A stretch of DNA of 64,000 nucleotides from an uncultured Acidobacteriota bacterium. Lineage in GTDB: Bacteria > Acidobacteriota > Blastocatellia > RBC074. This document shows, in pieces, positions 11,910 through 23,235 of the stretch; position 1 is the stretch's first letter, and the number at the start of each line of letters is the position of its first letter. The DNA is taken from positions 832,001 through 896,000 of the forward strand of contig CAWCKY010000001.1 in the NCBI GenBank assembly GCA_963796275.1, read 5' to 3'. A model generated the notes under the pieces. The model was not told the origin of the DNA. It saw only the letters and a list, made by a program, of their open reading frames with translations, and ran no database searches. The translations under genes were made by a program, and so were the position numbers.

Positions 11910-12971
11910 TCAAGTACGATTTGACGAAATTTTACCTAAGACAAAACTTTTCAGGTCATCGAAGGTTTCGCAGCGGAACTCGATTTGTCCGGCGTAGATC
12001 GGTGCAGGCGATTGTCCGAGCAGTCCGCGGGGCAAGAGGGTCAAGTTGGCGGCATCTTTCTCTGTAGTGACGATAGCCTCTACTTGGGCTGCTCGCGCGA
12101 GATTCCAGATTTTTAAAAACTCATCGGCTTCGTAACGATGGTGGTCCGGAAAATCGATGCGTTGAACGACCTGAATTCCCAGGTTTTTCAGGTCGGTGAT
12201 GAATCTCTCAGGCCGGGCGATGCCGGAAAAGGCGGCCACCCGCTTCCTCGCCAGATCCTTCGCATCGAGCGTCTCGTTGGCGTCGATTCGCCGCATTTTT
12301 GTCATCTCGTGATGAGCATAGAATATCGGTATATCTGAATATTTCAGGATTGTGCGTTCAAGCGCATCCCGATTGAATATTCGATCGGAGCGGGTGACGA
12401 TGACCGCATCAGCGCGGCGCAACCCGCTCAAGGGCTCACGCAATCTTCCGGCGGGAAGCAACCCGGTCAATGGTTCCGTCGCATCGACCAGCGCCAGATT
12501 TAGGTCGCGCGCGAGTCGGAGGTGTTGAAAAGCGTCATCGAGTATGAAGACCGTCACCGGACTCTTCTCCGCGAGCCAATTGCCCGCCGCATAACGGTCG
12601 GCATCGGCCACCACGCGCACACCGGGACAGGAGTTTGCCAGAAGGTAGGGCTCATCGCCTGCCTCGATGGGGCTGCATAAAATCTCTTCACCGTTCGACA
12701 CTTCCACGCGTCCGCTGCTGCGTCGCTTGTAACCCCGGCTTAAAATAGCGACATTATGGCCTTCGTCTCGCAGAAAATTTGCCAGAAATGCCACGCAGGG
12801 AGTCTTCCCGGTTCCGCCCACCGATAAATTCCCGACGCTGATCACGGGCAAACTTAATCGGCGTGTTTTGAAAAAACCGTTCTCGTAGAGGGCGAGGCGG
12901 GCACGAACTGCCAGTTCATAAAGTTTGGCCGGAAGAACAAGCGGTGCGCGAATGACATTCGAACGGTTCAT
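11910..12971 (-). CDS. lpxK: Tetraacyldisaccharide 4'-kinase
   Basis: [44 protein letters not shown] and TTEKD. Confidence 0.95.
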   Translation of the reverse strand: MNRSNVIRAPLVLPAKLYELAVRARLALYENGFFKTRRLSLPVISVGNLSVGGTGKTPCVAFLANFLRDEGHNVAILSRGYKRRSSGRVEVSNGEEILCSPIEAGDEPYLLANSCPGVRVVADADRYAAGNWLAEKSPVTVFILDDAFQHLRLARDLNLALVDATEPLTGLLPAGRLREPLSGLRRADAVIVTRSDRIFNRDALERTILKYSDIPIFYAHHEMTKMRRIDANETLDAKDLARKRVAAFSGIARPERFITDLKNLGIQVVQRIDFPDHHRYEADEFLKIWNLARAAQVEAIVTTEKDAANLTLLPRGLLGQSPAPIYAGQIEFRCETFDDLKSFVLGKISSNRT

Positions 12972-12990
12972 TGATGTGTGCTGGCACTAG

Positions 12991-13291
12991 TACTACCGTG
13001 TCACAAAAACCGCGAATTTCCCTGGAAATTCGCATATGCGATCTGTGTACCGCCGCGTTGGGATCGCGGAGCCTTGGAGTGCGGTAGCTCGCTCGATACC
13101 GCTTTGGTAGTCAATTCCTTGACTTAGGCTGTCGCTTAAACTCACCTAGTGTCCTGCTACAGTGACCGAGAATTGGGGATTGCTCAGTTGTCCCGAAGAC
13201 AGCCAATGGAGCAATGGACTACTAAAGCGGTACCAAGCTACCCCCACTCCAAAGGCTCCGCTATCCTCTGAATATCAGTGACACAGTAGCA
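12991..13291. mobile_element. Non-autonomous MITE-like element with TIRs, enclosing a REP-like inverted pair
   Basis: Ends TACTACCGTGTCAC (12991-13004) and GTGACACAGTAGCA (13278-13291). Internal long inverted repeat GGATCGCGGAGCCTTGGAGTGCGG..ACCGCTTTGGTAGTC vs GACTACTAAAGCGGT..CACTCCAAAGGCTCCGCTATCC (~13061-13266). No ORF. Confidence 0.6.
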
Positions 13292-13411
13292 GTTGTCCTG
13301 CAGAAAAGCCCGGTAATTGTTTCTGATAAAAGAATGCAAAACGCGGTTGCATTTTTTCAAAGGCCATTACCGGGTTGATTAACAAGATAAATGTCAAAAT
13401 GTTAACAGAGA

Positions 13412-14731
13412 CTATATTCGTTCCATCAACTCGCCGATCAAGGCAAGCGTGCGCGCGGTCGCTCCGCTATTCTCTTCTACTGCTCTCCGCGCATTCTCCC
13501 CGACACTGTGAGCGCGCCTCTCATCGGTGAGCAGGTTGCAGAGAGCGCGCTTCAATTCACCAGCCGGATCTTCGCATATTGGTATCTGTATCAGAGCATC
13601 CCGGCACAGGAACTCATTTCTGATCTCACGGAAATTATCCATATATGGGCCGACGATGATCGGCCTGGCAAAGAATGCCGGCTCCAGAATGTTATGACCG
13701 CCCTTCGGGACGAGGCTTCCACCTACGAATACCACCGAGGCGAAACGGTAAAGTGTCGCCAGCTCACCTACCGTATCGAGCAGGATACAATCGGCTGAAT
13801 GCGACTCAGTCTTTCCCGAGTGGTCGAATGCCGAACGGCGAACATATTTCACCTCCATCGAGTCGAGCAGTTTTGCGACGTCGCTGAACCTCTCGGGATG
13901 TCTCGGGGCGACGAGCAATCGTAAATTCTTGAGACCGTCTTCCGCTCTTAATCGTCGGAAGGCCTCGATCACTATCTCTTCTTCACCGTTGGTGGTGCTG
14001 CCTGCCACGATGAGCGGTACAGAACTCAAAGCGAAAATCGATTCGAGCAGGCTCCCGGCCTCATCCGCCTTACGCGAACCCGCGGCATGACCGATATCAT
14101 ACTTGATGTTTCCGGTTACGCTGACACGCTCGGGACGAGCTCCCAGATGGATGGCGCGCTCAGCATCCGCTTGGCTCTGCATCGCGAACCGCGCTATTAG
14201 TCCGTATAACCTGCGCACAAAGAACCCGAACTTCTGTGACCTGGTAAACGAACGATCGGAGATGCGACCGTTTGCTACCAGTACCGGTATATTTCTTCGG
14301 CGGCATTCAGTGAGAAAATTGAGCCATAACTCCGATTCCATCAGTATCACGATTTGGGGTTGGATAGTGTTCAATGCCCGGCTGACACAAAAATTCCAGT
14401 CGAAAGGGAAGTAACAAAATCCTTCGGCTCCTGTAATCTTATCTCGCGCAATAGCTTGTCCGGTGGCCGTCGTGGTCGAAATGATCAATCTATGGCTTGG
14501 AAATCGTGCGCCCAGCTCCCGGACCAGCGAGCCTGCTGCCAGCGCTTCACCAACTGATACCGCGTGAAGCCAGATCGCAGGTCTTGCGTCATTCCTCAAG
14601 GAATCAGGGAGAATCCCCATCCGTTCACGGAAATTATTCAAGTATTTTCGGTGAAAGAGCGCCTGATAGACAAAATAAGGCAAGAGCGCGATGAAGGTCA
14701 GAGTGAGAAGCAGGCTATAGATAAGCTGCAT
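13412..14731 (-). CDS. waaA: 3-deoxy-D-manno-octulosonic acid (Kdo) transferase
   Basis: IWLHAVSVGE, PFD, ESELW, NGRIS, GNIKYD, APRHPERF, DTVGEL and GGHNILEPA. Adjacent to lpxK. Confidence 0.95.
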   Translation of the reverse strand: MQLIYSLLLTLTFIALLPYFVYQALFHRKYLNNFRERMGILPDSLRNDARPAIWLHAVSVGEALAAGSLVRELGARFPSHRLIISTTTATGQAIARDKITGAEGFCYFPFDWNFCVSRALNTIQPQIVILMESELWLNFLTECRRRNIPVLVANGRISDRSFTRSQKFGFFVRRLYGLIARFAMQSQADAERAIHLGARPERVSVTGNIKYDIGHAAGSRKADEAGSLLESIFALSSVPLIVAGSTTNGEEEIVIEAFRRLRAEDGLKNLRLLVAPRHPERFSDVAKLLDSMEVKYVRRSAFDHSGKTESHSADCILLDTVGELATLYRFASVVFVGGSLVPKGGHNILEPAFFARPIIVGPYMDNFREIRNEFLCRDALIQIPICEDPAGELKRALCNLLTDERRAHSVGENARRAVEENSGATARTLALIGELMERI

Positions 14732-14735
14732 AAAT

Positions 14736-14808
14736 TTGATAATTGAGAATGGAAAATTGATAATGAAGTGGGCCGCATTATCAATTATTCTCAATTACCC
14801 ATTATCCA
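14736..14808. repeat. Inverted heptamer array (ATTGATA/ATTGAGA vs TATCAAT/TCTCAAT)
   Basis: AATTGAGAAT..AATTGATAATG paired with CATTATCAATT..ATTCTCAATT between efp and waaA. Confidence 0.65.
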
Positions 14809-15372
14809 TTATTTCGCTCGCTCGATGTATCGACCTTCGGTTGTATCGACGCGGATTTTTTCGCCCTGTTTGATAAAAGCAGGGACTTGAATAATGATCC
14901 CTGTTTCCAGTTTCGCGGGCTTGCCGACGTTACTTACGGTGGCGCCTTTTATTTCCGGTTCGGTTTCAACGACCTTCAATTCGACGACTTGCGGAATATC
15001 GATTCCGATGGGCGCGCCTTCATAAAATTGCACCTGGATGACCGTATCGGTCAGAAGATAGCCGACGGCATCGCCGAGCTCTTCCGCGCTCAGTCCGATC
15101 TGCTCGTAGGTCTCTGTGTTCATGAAAAAATAGATATCGCCTTCGTTATAGAGATAGGTCATCTCGTGATCATCGAGGATCGCGCGTTCGACGGCGTCCG
15201 TCGAGCGGTAGCGATGCTCAGTGGTCGAGCCCGACTTCAGATTGCGCAGCTTGGTCTGCACCATCGCGCGCAGATTGCCGGGCGTATGATGGTGAAAGTC
15301 GACGACTTTGTGCGGCACGCCATTGTGTATGAGGACCATTCCTTTGCGGATCTGTGTTGCTTGAATAGCCAT
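14809..15372 (-). CDS. efp: Translation elongation factor P
   Basis: GAGGAG SD, TPGNLRA loop, [25 protein letters not shown] and DT..G.YIER. Confidence 0.95.
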   Translation of the reverse strand: MAIQATQIRKGMVLIHNGVPHKVVDFHHHTPGNLRAMVQTKLRNLKSGSTTEHRYRSTDAVERAILDDHEMTYLYNEGDIYFFMNTETYEQIGLSAEELGDAVGYLLTDTVIQVQFYEGAPIGIDIPQVVELKVVETEPEIKGATVSNVGKPAKLETGIIIQVPAFIKQGEKIRVDTTEGRYIERAK

Positions 15373-15422
15373 TATTGAATCAGCTCCTCGCCCAATAAAT
15401 ATGTGGGGGCAGAAAAGCTGAT

Positions 15423-15451
15423 AAGATAACTAACCAGCTGCAATGGGTCAA
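15423..15451 (-). promoter_or_regulatory. Sigma70-type promoter of efp
   Basis: TTGACC-17 bp-TATCTT on the minus strand. Confidence 0.6.
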
Positions 15452-15489
15452 GTAGAGCACAGCTTTACAAAAAACCGGGCGGGTGGGTA

Positions 15490-15518
15490 TTGACCGGCCA
15501 TACTTCGTAAGATAGTAT
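15490..15518 (+). promoter_or_regulatory. Sigma70-type promoter of 6S RNA
   Basis: TTGACC-17 bp-TAGTAT just upstream of the 6S closing stem. Confidence 0.65.
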
Positions 15519-15530
15519 GCCTTTCGCTGC

Positions 15531-15720
15531 GGGACTTCTGCAAAGTTAGTGAACGGTGGCAATTCAATTTGAGCCAATTCATTTGATTGGGAGGCCAACG
15601 CACAAACCTGACGGCAGGCATACTCGTCACCGTACGAGGAGCCACAGTCGCAGGGCTAAGGTCACCCACCTGTCTCAGGCAGGTTCAAATGAAGCCCCGC
15701 CACGGCCAAGCGGAAGTCCC
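15531..15720 (+). ncRNA. ssrS: 6S RNA
   Basis: About 190-nt rod with GGGACTTCTGC/GCGGAAGTCCC closing stem and TGAGCC/GGTTCA helix flanking a central bubble. Has its own promoter and sits upstream of ymdB, a common 6S synteny. Confidence 0.85.
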
Positions 15721-15786
15721 TAGTATCCAGCTCCCTTCGCTTAATGATTTCATTCAATTATACTCGGCAGAGAAAGGCACCGTGCG

Positions 15787-16569
15787 ATGATCCGAGTGAT
15801 AATGATCGGTGACACGATGGCGCGGAGCGGTCGCCGTGTTCTCGAAGAACGCCTACATGATCTCCGTGCATCTCGCGAGATAGATTTCGTCGTCGCGAAT
15901 ATTGAAAACGCAGCGGGCGGATTTTCCATCACGCCACGGATTGCGGCAGACCTCCTGGCAGCCGGAGTTGATGTTATGACCTCCGGCAACCATATTTTCG
16001 ATAAAAAAGAAATCCTCGATTACATCGAGAAAGAGCCGCGGTTGTTGCGGCCTGCTAATTATGCGGTCGGTGTGCCCGGGAAAGGCCGGTGGGTCGGAAG
16101 GGTAAAAGGCATCCCCATCGCCGTCATCAATTTGCAGGGGCGCGTCTTTATGCCGCCGAGTGACGATCCATTCCGCGCAGCCGACGCGCAGCTTGCCGCG
16201 CTTGAACCGGCAGTTAAGATCATCCTGGTCGATATGCACGCCGAAACGACGTCGGAGAAGATGGCTATGGGCCGTTACCTCGATGGGCGGGTCTCGGCAG
16301 TCGTCGGCACACATACACACGTCCAGACGGCGGACGAACAAGTACTGCCTGGTGGAACGGCCTACATCTCAGACCTCGGCATGACCGGCCCGCACGATGG
16401 TGTGATAGGAATGCGTACCGATATCGTAATCGACCGGTTCCTGCGCGGTCTTCCGATAAAATTCGAGCCGAGCGAAGGCGAGATCAAGCTCAACGGGTTG
16501 ATTGCCGAAATCGATGAAGCTACAGGTCACGCGATGCGTGTGGAGCGAGTGAGTTTGTCTCATCACTAA
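15787..16569 (+). CDS. ymdB: YmdB-like (TIGR00282) metallophosphoesterase
   Basis: [37 protein letters not shown] and DLGMTG. Confidence 0.92.
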   Translation: MIRVIMIGDTMARSGRRVLEERLHDLRASREIDFVVANIENAAGGFSITPRIAADLLAAGVDVMTSGNHIFDKKEILDYIEKEPRLLRPANYAVGVPGKGRWVGRVKGIPIAVINLQGRVFMPPSDDPFRAADAQLAALEPAVKIILVDMHAETTSEKMAMGRYLDGRVSAVVGTHTHVQTADEQVLPGGTAYISDLGMTGPHDGVIGMRTDIVIDRFLRGLPIKFEPSEGEIKLNGLIAEIDEATGHAMRVERVSLSHH

Positions 16570-16683
16570 TCAAATCTGAAAAGAAGAATACGAAACATAA
16601 GAAAATAAGCGAAACATACGAAATAGCTCACGGTTCGTTTGTCTCGTTTATTTTGTTTTATTGTATTCTCTTGGCATTTCTAT

Positions 16684-17811
<1,128 letters not shown>

Positions 17812-17836
17812 GGACATATTGGAGAATGTCGCCCTA

Positions 17837-19168
17837 TCACCCAACGCTGACCTTTTCTGTGTTTGGTGGTGTAGCTATGTGATTTTTACGGCCAATTCTT
17901 TTATTAGGGTCAATTCGAAGAAAGAGAAATGCGCCCAACAGACACAGACTGCCCGCCAGAAGAAAAGGCGCGTCCCAGTTGTAATATTTCACCATTCTCC
18001 CGACCGCAACTGATGCCAGTAAACCGCCCAGATTCCCGCACATATTCATCACTCCGGAGACTGATCCCGCGTACTCCGGACAGATATCCATAGCCACCGC
18101 CCACGATACGCCGACAGTAAGCTCAAGAAAAAACAGAGCAGCCGTAGTGAAAGCGACGCAGACATAGCGGTCGTCTGTCAACGTGGCCGGAATGATGCAA
18201 AGAGCGGCGACCGCGAACCCGACAATAGCCACGGCGCGCCGCGCAAATCGCAGATTTCCCGTGCGCCGAGCCAGGTGGTCTGAAAGCCATCCGCCCACGG
18301 AATCGCCAACGGTGGCAGAGGACAACGGAATCATGTGCCAGAACCCCATCTGAATCAGGCTGAAGCCTCGAGATTCCTGCAGGTAAGTGGGAAACCACGT
18401 CAGGTATATCCAGATGCTGTAGGCGTAGCAGAAATACATGAGGCAGATCAGCCAAAGGTTTCCACTCGATACAATCTTGCCCCACGGCACTTGATGAGGC
18501 GCAACGGGTATGGAGGCGTCAGAGGCTCGGCTTTGGTGAATGATAGCCAATTCCGCGGAATTGACCGACGAATGTTGATCCGGACGGTCGCGATAATACC
18601 AATACCATATGGCCGCCCAGACGGCGCCGATCAGGCCGAAGATGACGAAAACACTGCGCCATCCCAGTGTGGTCATGATGAAGACTACTATCGGCGGCGT
18701 TATCGCCGCGCCCAGGCGAGCGCCTGAATGGGTTATTCCCTGCGCGAACCCGCGCTCGCTTGCCGGCAGCCAATAGGAGAGAGCCCGAGTCGCTGTAGGA
18801 AATGCGCCCGCTTCGCCGATTCCGAAGAGGAAGCGGAAAGACACCATCGACCATTTACCCCAGGCGAGCGCGGTGACTGCGGTAAAAACTGACCACCAGA
18901 AAACGATCGCGGTCAAAACTCGGCGCGGGCCGAAACGGTCGCCGAGCCAGCCACCCGGAATCTGAAACAGCGCATAAGATAAGTTGAACGCGCCGAATAT
19001 CAATCCCATTGTCTCCAGGCCGAACCCAAATTCTCTACGGATCTCCGAAGCCGCATGCCCGATGCAGATGCGATCCATGTAGGTGATCATGTATACGATC
19101 ACCGTAAGCCACAGCACACGGTGCCTGATGCCGCTGGGATGATGCTGTACGGTAGGGGATGCGACCAT
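17837..19168 (-). CDS. MFS transporter, anion:cation symporter (ACS) family
   Basis: YMDR, QIPGGWLGDRFGPR, GIGEAGAFP, W.PASERG and about 12 TM segments. Confidence 0.92.
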   Translation of the reverse strand: MVASPTVQHHPSGIRHRVLWLTVIVYMITYMDRICIGHAASEIRREFGFGLETMGLIFGAFNLSYALFQIPGGWLGDRFGPRRVLTAIVFWWSVFTAVTALAWGKWSMVSFRFLFGIGEAGAFPTATRALSYWLPASERGFAQGITHSGARLGAAITPPIVVFIMTTLGWRSVFVIFGLIGAVWAAIWYWYYRDRPDQHSSVNSAELAIIHQSRASDASIPVAPHQVPWGKIVSSGNLWLICLMYFCYAYSIWIYLTWFPTYLQESRGFSLIQMGFWHMIPLSSATVGDSVGGWLSDHLARRTGNLRFARRAVAIVGFAVAALCIIPATLTDDRYVCVAFTTAALFFLELTVGVSWAVAMDICPEYAGSVSGVMNMCGNLGGLLASVAVGRMVKYYNWDAPFLLAGSLCLLGAFLFLRIDPNKRIGRKNHIATPPNTEKVSVG

Positions 19169-19219
19169 TTCGGTACGTTTTGTCTGCGAATCGGTAACCG
19201 CCCGCGGCCACTGTTTAAG

Positions 19220-19302
19220 TACTCTGGCAGCTGAGATTTTTGATATTGCTGTAGCCCGCGAAGCGGTCTAGAACAATATCAAAAACCTTTGTTTCCACAG
19301 TA
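19220..19302. mobile_element. 83-bp MITE (family A) with 5-bp target-site duplication
   Basis: TTAAG|TACTCTGGCAGC ... GTTTCCACAGTA|TTAAG (TIR 9/12 identical). Internal hairpin TTTTTGATATTGCTGTAG..CTAGAACAATATCAAAAA. Confidence 0.8.
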
Positions 19303-19464
19303 TTAAGTCAAGGGGTTATAAGTTGTATGACCGATAAGATGTTGCTACTCGGGAGCCCCGAAAAGCAAAACAATGAGTAAGGGTTAGTTTCCCCTCCGGG
19401 ATTATCCCCTTATTCAATGCGATTGCCTTTCAGGGCTTGATAGAATCAATCTTTTTAAAGATCC

Positions 19465-20577
19465 TTAGTATCCGCGTGCCTTGTCAACTACGTTCATCAG
19501 AGGAACCCCATTGCTATAGCGGCGGACGTTCTCCGCCACGAGCGCTACGAGCCGCACCTGCCTGATTGGGGCAGCTCCCGAGTTGTGCGGAGTGATGACC
19601 AGGTTCGGGCAATCCCAGAGCGGGTTGTCGGGCGGCAAAGGTTCCGGCATTGCCACATCGAGGCCCGCTCCACGAATCCATTTCTCTTTGAGCGCTTTGA
19701 CCAGCGCATCCTGATCGACGAGCCCGCCGCGGGAGACGTTGATAAAGTACGAGGTAGGTTTCATTTTGCGAAATACGCTCTCGTTGAACATTGACCGTGT
19801 TATCTTGGTCAGGGGAGCGGCGCTCATCAGGACATCTACCTGCGGCACCATCTGCGGGAGCCAGCTGGGATCGTGCAACTCCGCCACAAATGCAGGTTTG
19901 GGCAGAGGCTTCGCATCGGTGGCGAGCACGCGCATCTCGAAGCCGTAATGAAGGCGGCGTGCGGTCTCCGTCCCGATCCCACCCATCCCGACGATGCCGA
20001 TGGTTTTGCGGTAGAGGTCATCTAGCGGGGCACTGCCTTGCCCACTTATCCACTTGCGCTCTTTGAAGGCAGGGATCGAGTCTTGCGTCAACCCTCGCGT
20101 CAGGCTGAGAAGGAGACCGATCGCTGTTTCAGCGATGACCGGCGCGAATATGCGCTGCATATTGGTCAGCACGCTCGGATGTTCCATCAGTTCTTTCGGG
20201 AGGTTCTCGACCCCGGCGGCCCAGGTCTGGACCCATTTGAGTTTCTTAGCGGCCAGCATCGTCTCGCTATCCACCACACCCAGAATTACCTCTGCATCCG
20301 CAACGTGGTGTTTCAATTCCGAGCGATCGGAGAGCATGCGCAGATCTATATTTTTACCGGCAGATCGTATCTGCTCAACTTCGGCAGGCGCCAATTTCTC
20401 GGCACAGACGATCTTGATCGTACCGGGAGAAGGATTTGAATCGACTACCGCATGGTTGGAGACAACGACCGGAGCATTGGAAGTACCGGGAGTCTGATTA
20501 TTCGCCCAAGCGGTTACTGTTCCGGTTGTCGCCAATCCGGCGAGAAAATTTCGTCTTGAAAGATTGTCGTCAGACAT
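19465..20577 (-). CDS. D-isomer-specific 2-hydroxyacid dehydrogenase with Tat-like signal
   Basis: LSRRNFL, AAGVE, IAE, GIVGMGGIG, INVSRG, GLDV..EP and ITPH. GAGGAGG SD. Confidence 0.9.
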   Translation of the reverse strand: MSDDNLSRRNFLAGLATTGTVTAWANNQTPGTSNAPVVVSNHAVVDSNPSPGTIKIVCAEKLAPAEVEQIRSAGKNIDLRMLSDRSELKHHVADAEVILGVVDSETMLAAKKLKWVQTWAAGVENLPKELMEHPSVLTNMQRIFAPVIAETAIGLLLSLTRGLTQDSIPAFKERKWISGQGSAPLDDLYRKTIGIVGMGGIGTETARRLHYGFEMRVLATDAKPLPKPAFVAELHDPSWLPQMVPQVDVLMSAAPLTKITRSMFNESVFRKMKPTSYFINVSRGGLVDQDALVKALKEKWIRGAGLDVAMPEPLPPDNPLWDCPNLVITPHNSGAAPIRQVRLVALVAENVRRYSNGVPLMNVVDKARGY

Positions 20578-20819
20578 AAATATCACCTCCTCAGAATCTA
20601 GTTTGGAGCCTTTAGGCGGTTGTACTTTTGACTGCCTGAGCGATCTCCAAACGCGTTTTCAATGTTTCAGGGCGTCGCACGGCGACAGATCGAATTCCTC
20701 TGAATAATTACTGTAGTTTGTCGAACCTGCGGAGGCCCATATTTATGAGTAGTTCAGTTACCGCTGAGCGGGCTTGCTGCGGAAGCCTTCCGCCGGCTGG
20801 CCGCCCTGCGGTGTAAAGC

Positions 20820-21752
20820 TCAATGCGGGGCGGCGGAATCTCTCAAATGCGCGATGTTCGGATATCCGTTCATAGCCAGGCGGCAGGAAGGCCCGGGGCC
20901 GTAAAAGCGCGGCGCGTGAAATGTGAATATCGGAGCGTAAACCACATCACCTTCTTCGGCGATGATAACGCCCTGTCCCTCGATCGGATAACGTATCTGA
21001 CCGGCCATGACCAGCCAGAATTCTGCGCATTCGGGGTGGTAGTGGCCGCGATCCTTGGGATTGAGCGGCGGCAGATTTTTCTCGTAGCCGTAGATGATAT
21101 TGGCGACAGCGCGATCGTCATGCACAAAACGGCTCCCCTTGTATCCCGACGACTTCGCCAGCTCGTATAGATTGATGTGAGGTTGATTTCCGCGATCGTA
21201 CGGGCCTGGCTTGCGATTGAGGGTGACCGGAATCCAATCGATGCCCGGTATTTTGGGCGGTTCCACGTCTCTCGGATACAGAGTCTTAGCTTTCGCTATA
21301 TTGACCTCAAATCGCAGCGAAGGCTTATCTCCGATGGTCTCCATCGAGTAGATGGTTTGCATGGGGACCTGAACCATGGAGCCCTTGGTCGCCACCAACG
21401 GATCCTGGCCTTCGATCTCGAAGCGTATCTCGCCATCCATCACGATCCACCACTCTCGAGTGTCCGGGTGAAAACGCTTGGATACCTTGGTTCCGGCGGC
21501 TGTAGAAATGTAAGCCGCATTTAAATGATCGTCATCCACAACCAACTCTTTCCAATCGGCTTCGCCTTTGTGTTTGACTTTAAGATCAGCGAGCCGCGTG
21601 TGAGGTTTGTGGGGCGGGACATATTTTGTTGGTTGCTTCGGTTTCGGTGCCCAGCTGGGAGGCTCCTGACTGCTGACCCCTGGTTGAATCGTAATAAGTG
21701 ATAAGAACGCGATTGCCAATGCGCTTGCTGCGATGGGTACCCTACTGTTCAT
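20820..21752 (-). CDS. Secreted bicupin protein
   Basis: Signal peptide and two cupin motifs (RFHPDTREWW..; GHYHPECAEFW..FHAP). Confidence 0.8.
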   Translation of the reverse strand: MNSRVPIAASALAIAFLSLITIQPGVSSQEPPSWAPKPKQPTKYVPPHKPHTRLADLKVKHKGEADWKELVVDDDHLNAAYISTAAGTKVSKRFHPDTREWWIVMDGEIRFEIEGQDPLVATKGSMVQVPMQTIYSMETIGDKPSLRFEVNIAKAKTLYPRDVEPPKIPGIDWIPVTLNRKPGPYDRGNQPHINLYELAKSSGYKGSRFVHDDRAVANIIYGYEKNLPPLNPKDRGHYHPECAEFWLVMAGQIRYPIEGQGVIIAEEGDVVYAPIFTFHAPRFYGPGPSCRLAMNGYPNIAHLRDSAAPH

Positions 21753-21861
21753 AGTTACCTCCGATTATGGTGCTCAACTATCGCTGCTCTTGCACGAATT
21801 ATGCATGGGAGTATTTTGAAAGGATCGATTTCTCGGCTTTCAAATAACTTTTTGCAATTGA

Positions 21862-23223
21862 TTAATTAACCTCTCGTCCCCCAATCCACACTTTGTTGAT
21901 CTTTCGCGTGTTCTTAATGTCGGCCAGTGGGTCGGCATCCAGCAAAATCATATCGGCACGTTTGCCATTTGCGAGCGTGCCAAAATTGCCGGAAATATGC
22001 AGCGCAGCCGCGGCATTCGACGTAGCAGCCTGAAGTGCCTGCGCGGGAGTCAACCCCGCCTCGACCATCAACTCCAGCTCACGATGTTCAAAGAATCCCT
22101 GAAACCGCGCTGGCGGTCCGGTGTCTGTTCCGAAGGCAACGGGGATTCCCGCATCCCAGAGCTTTTTGAGATTTTTCTGTCCCATCTTGAGCTGCCCCGG
22201 ATACTTGGAAAAATCCGGATCGGACTTGACTCTGGCCCCATAAGCCGGGTCTTTCAGTTTGCTCACGATCTCCGGAGCGATCCAGCGGCTGAAGAAAGGT
22301 TCGTCCAGGAATGCAGGCGGGGTTGCGTATATGAATGTCGATTCTTCGCGCACTAGAGTAGGGACTGCGAAAGTATTTTTCTCCTTCAGCGACCGGATCA
22401 AGGCATCGTCAATCTCTTGATCCCTCACGCTGTGAGCCATCCCGTCTAAGCCGGCCGCCACGAGGTCCTTCGCATCCTCCAGGTAGAATATGTGCGCCAT
22501 CACGCGCAGCCCGTGCTTGTGCGCTTCGGAGATGATGGCGCGATAGAGTTCAGGCCTGATCTTTTTATAGTGGCCCCAATGATCGTCGACCCAGATCTTC
22601 ACCATATCGACTTTTTGCCGCGCCAGTTCCGCAACCTGTGCCCGAACTTCTTCGACGCTGTCGACTTCTCGTTGCACGCCCGCATTTCCGGGCATCACTA
22701 CCGGATATCCGGCCTTCCCGGTGAAGCCGCGCCCAGCCGTGAAGACTGCGGCCCGCGGGCTCTCCTGCGGTTTTGCAGGGCCACGAACCTTGAAGATCGC
22801 ATCGAAATCCGAGCCGAGGCTCATGACCGTGCTGACGCCGTAACGGGCATATAGACGCAGTTGCTCCACAATATTTTCTTCGGTGTAATTCTCGGGACCG
22901 GCCTTCAACCCTCGGGTCATCCCGACATGACCGTGGGCGTTGATCAGCCCCGGAATGAGAGTCTTGCCCTCACCGGAAATCACGGTGGCACCTTGGGGGA
23001 TGGAGGTAGAGGCGGGCGGGCCGATGGCCTGGATACGACCGTCGCTTACCACAACGCGGCCATCGCGGATCGTTGGCCGGCCGCTGCCGTCCCAAATGTC
23101 GGCTCCGTCGATGACAAAGGTGGACGCGAAATTTGCGTGACTGGTCTTCCGTGGATATGGATCCATCAGGATTGACAGGCAGATGAAGAATAGGAGGCCG
23201 AAACAGACGAGTTTTTTGTTCAT
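21862..23223 (-). CDS. Secreted metal-dependent amidohydrolase
   Basis: N-terminal hydrophobic helix, PGLINAHGH, VKIW, AH..AH, FGTD and GKRAD. Confidence 0.9.
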   Translation of the reverse strand: MNKKLVCFGLLFFICLSILMDPYPRKTSHANFASTFVIDGADIWDGSGRPTIRDGRVVVSDGRIQAIGPPASTSIPQGATVISGEGKTLIPGLINAHGHVGMTRGLKAGPENYTEENIVEQLRLYARYGVSTVMSLGSDFDAIFKVRGPAKPQESPRAAVFTAGRGFTGKAGYPVVMPGNAGVQREVDSVEEVRAQVAELARQKVDMVKIWVDDHWGHYKKIRPELYRAIISEAHKHGLRVMAHIFYLEDAKDLVAAGLDGMAHSVRDQEIDDALIRSLKEKNTFAVPTLVREESTFIYATPPAFLDEPFFSRWIAPEIVSKLKDPAYGARVKSDPDFSKYPGQLKMGQKNLKKLWDAGIPVAFGTDTGPPARFQGFFEHRELELMVEAGLTPAQALQAATSNAAAALHISGNFGTLANGKRADMILLDADPLADIKNTRKINKVWIGGREVN

Positions 23224-23235
23224 AGTGATAATCGC

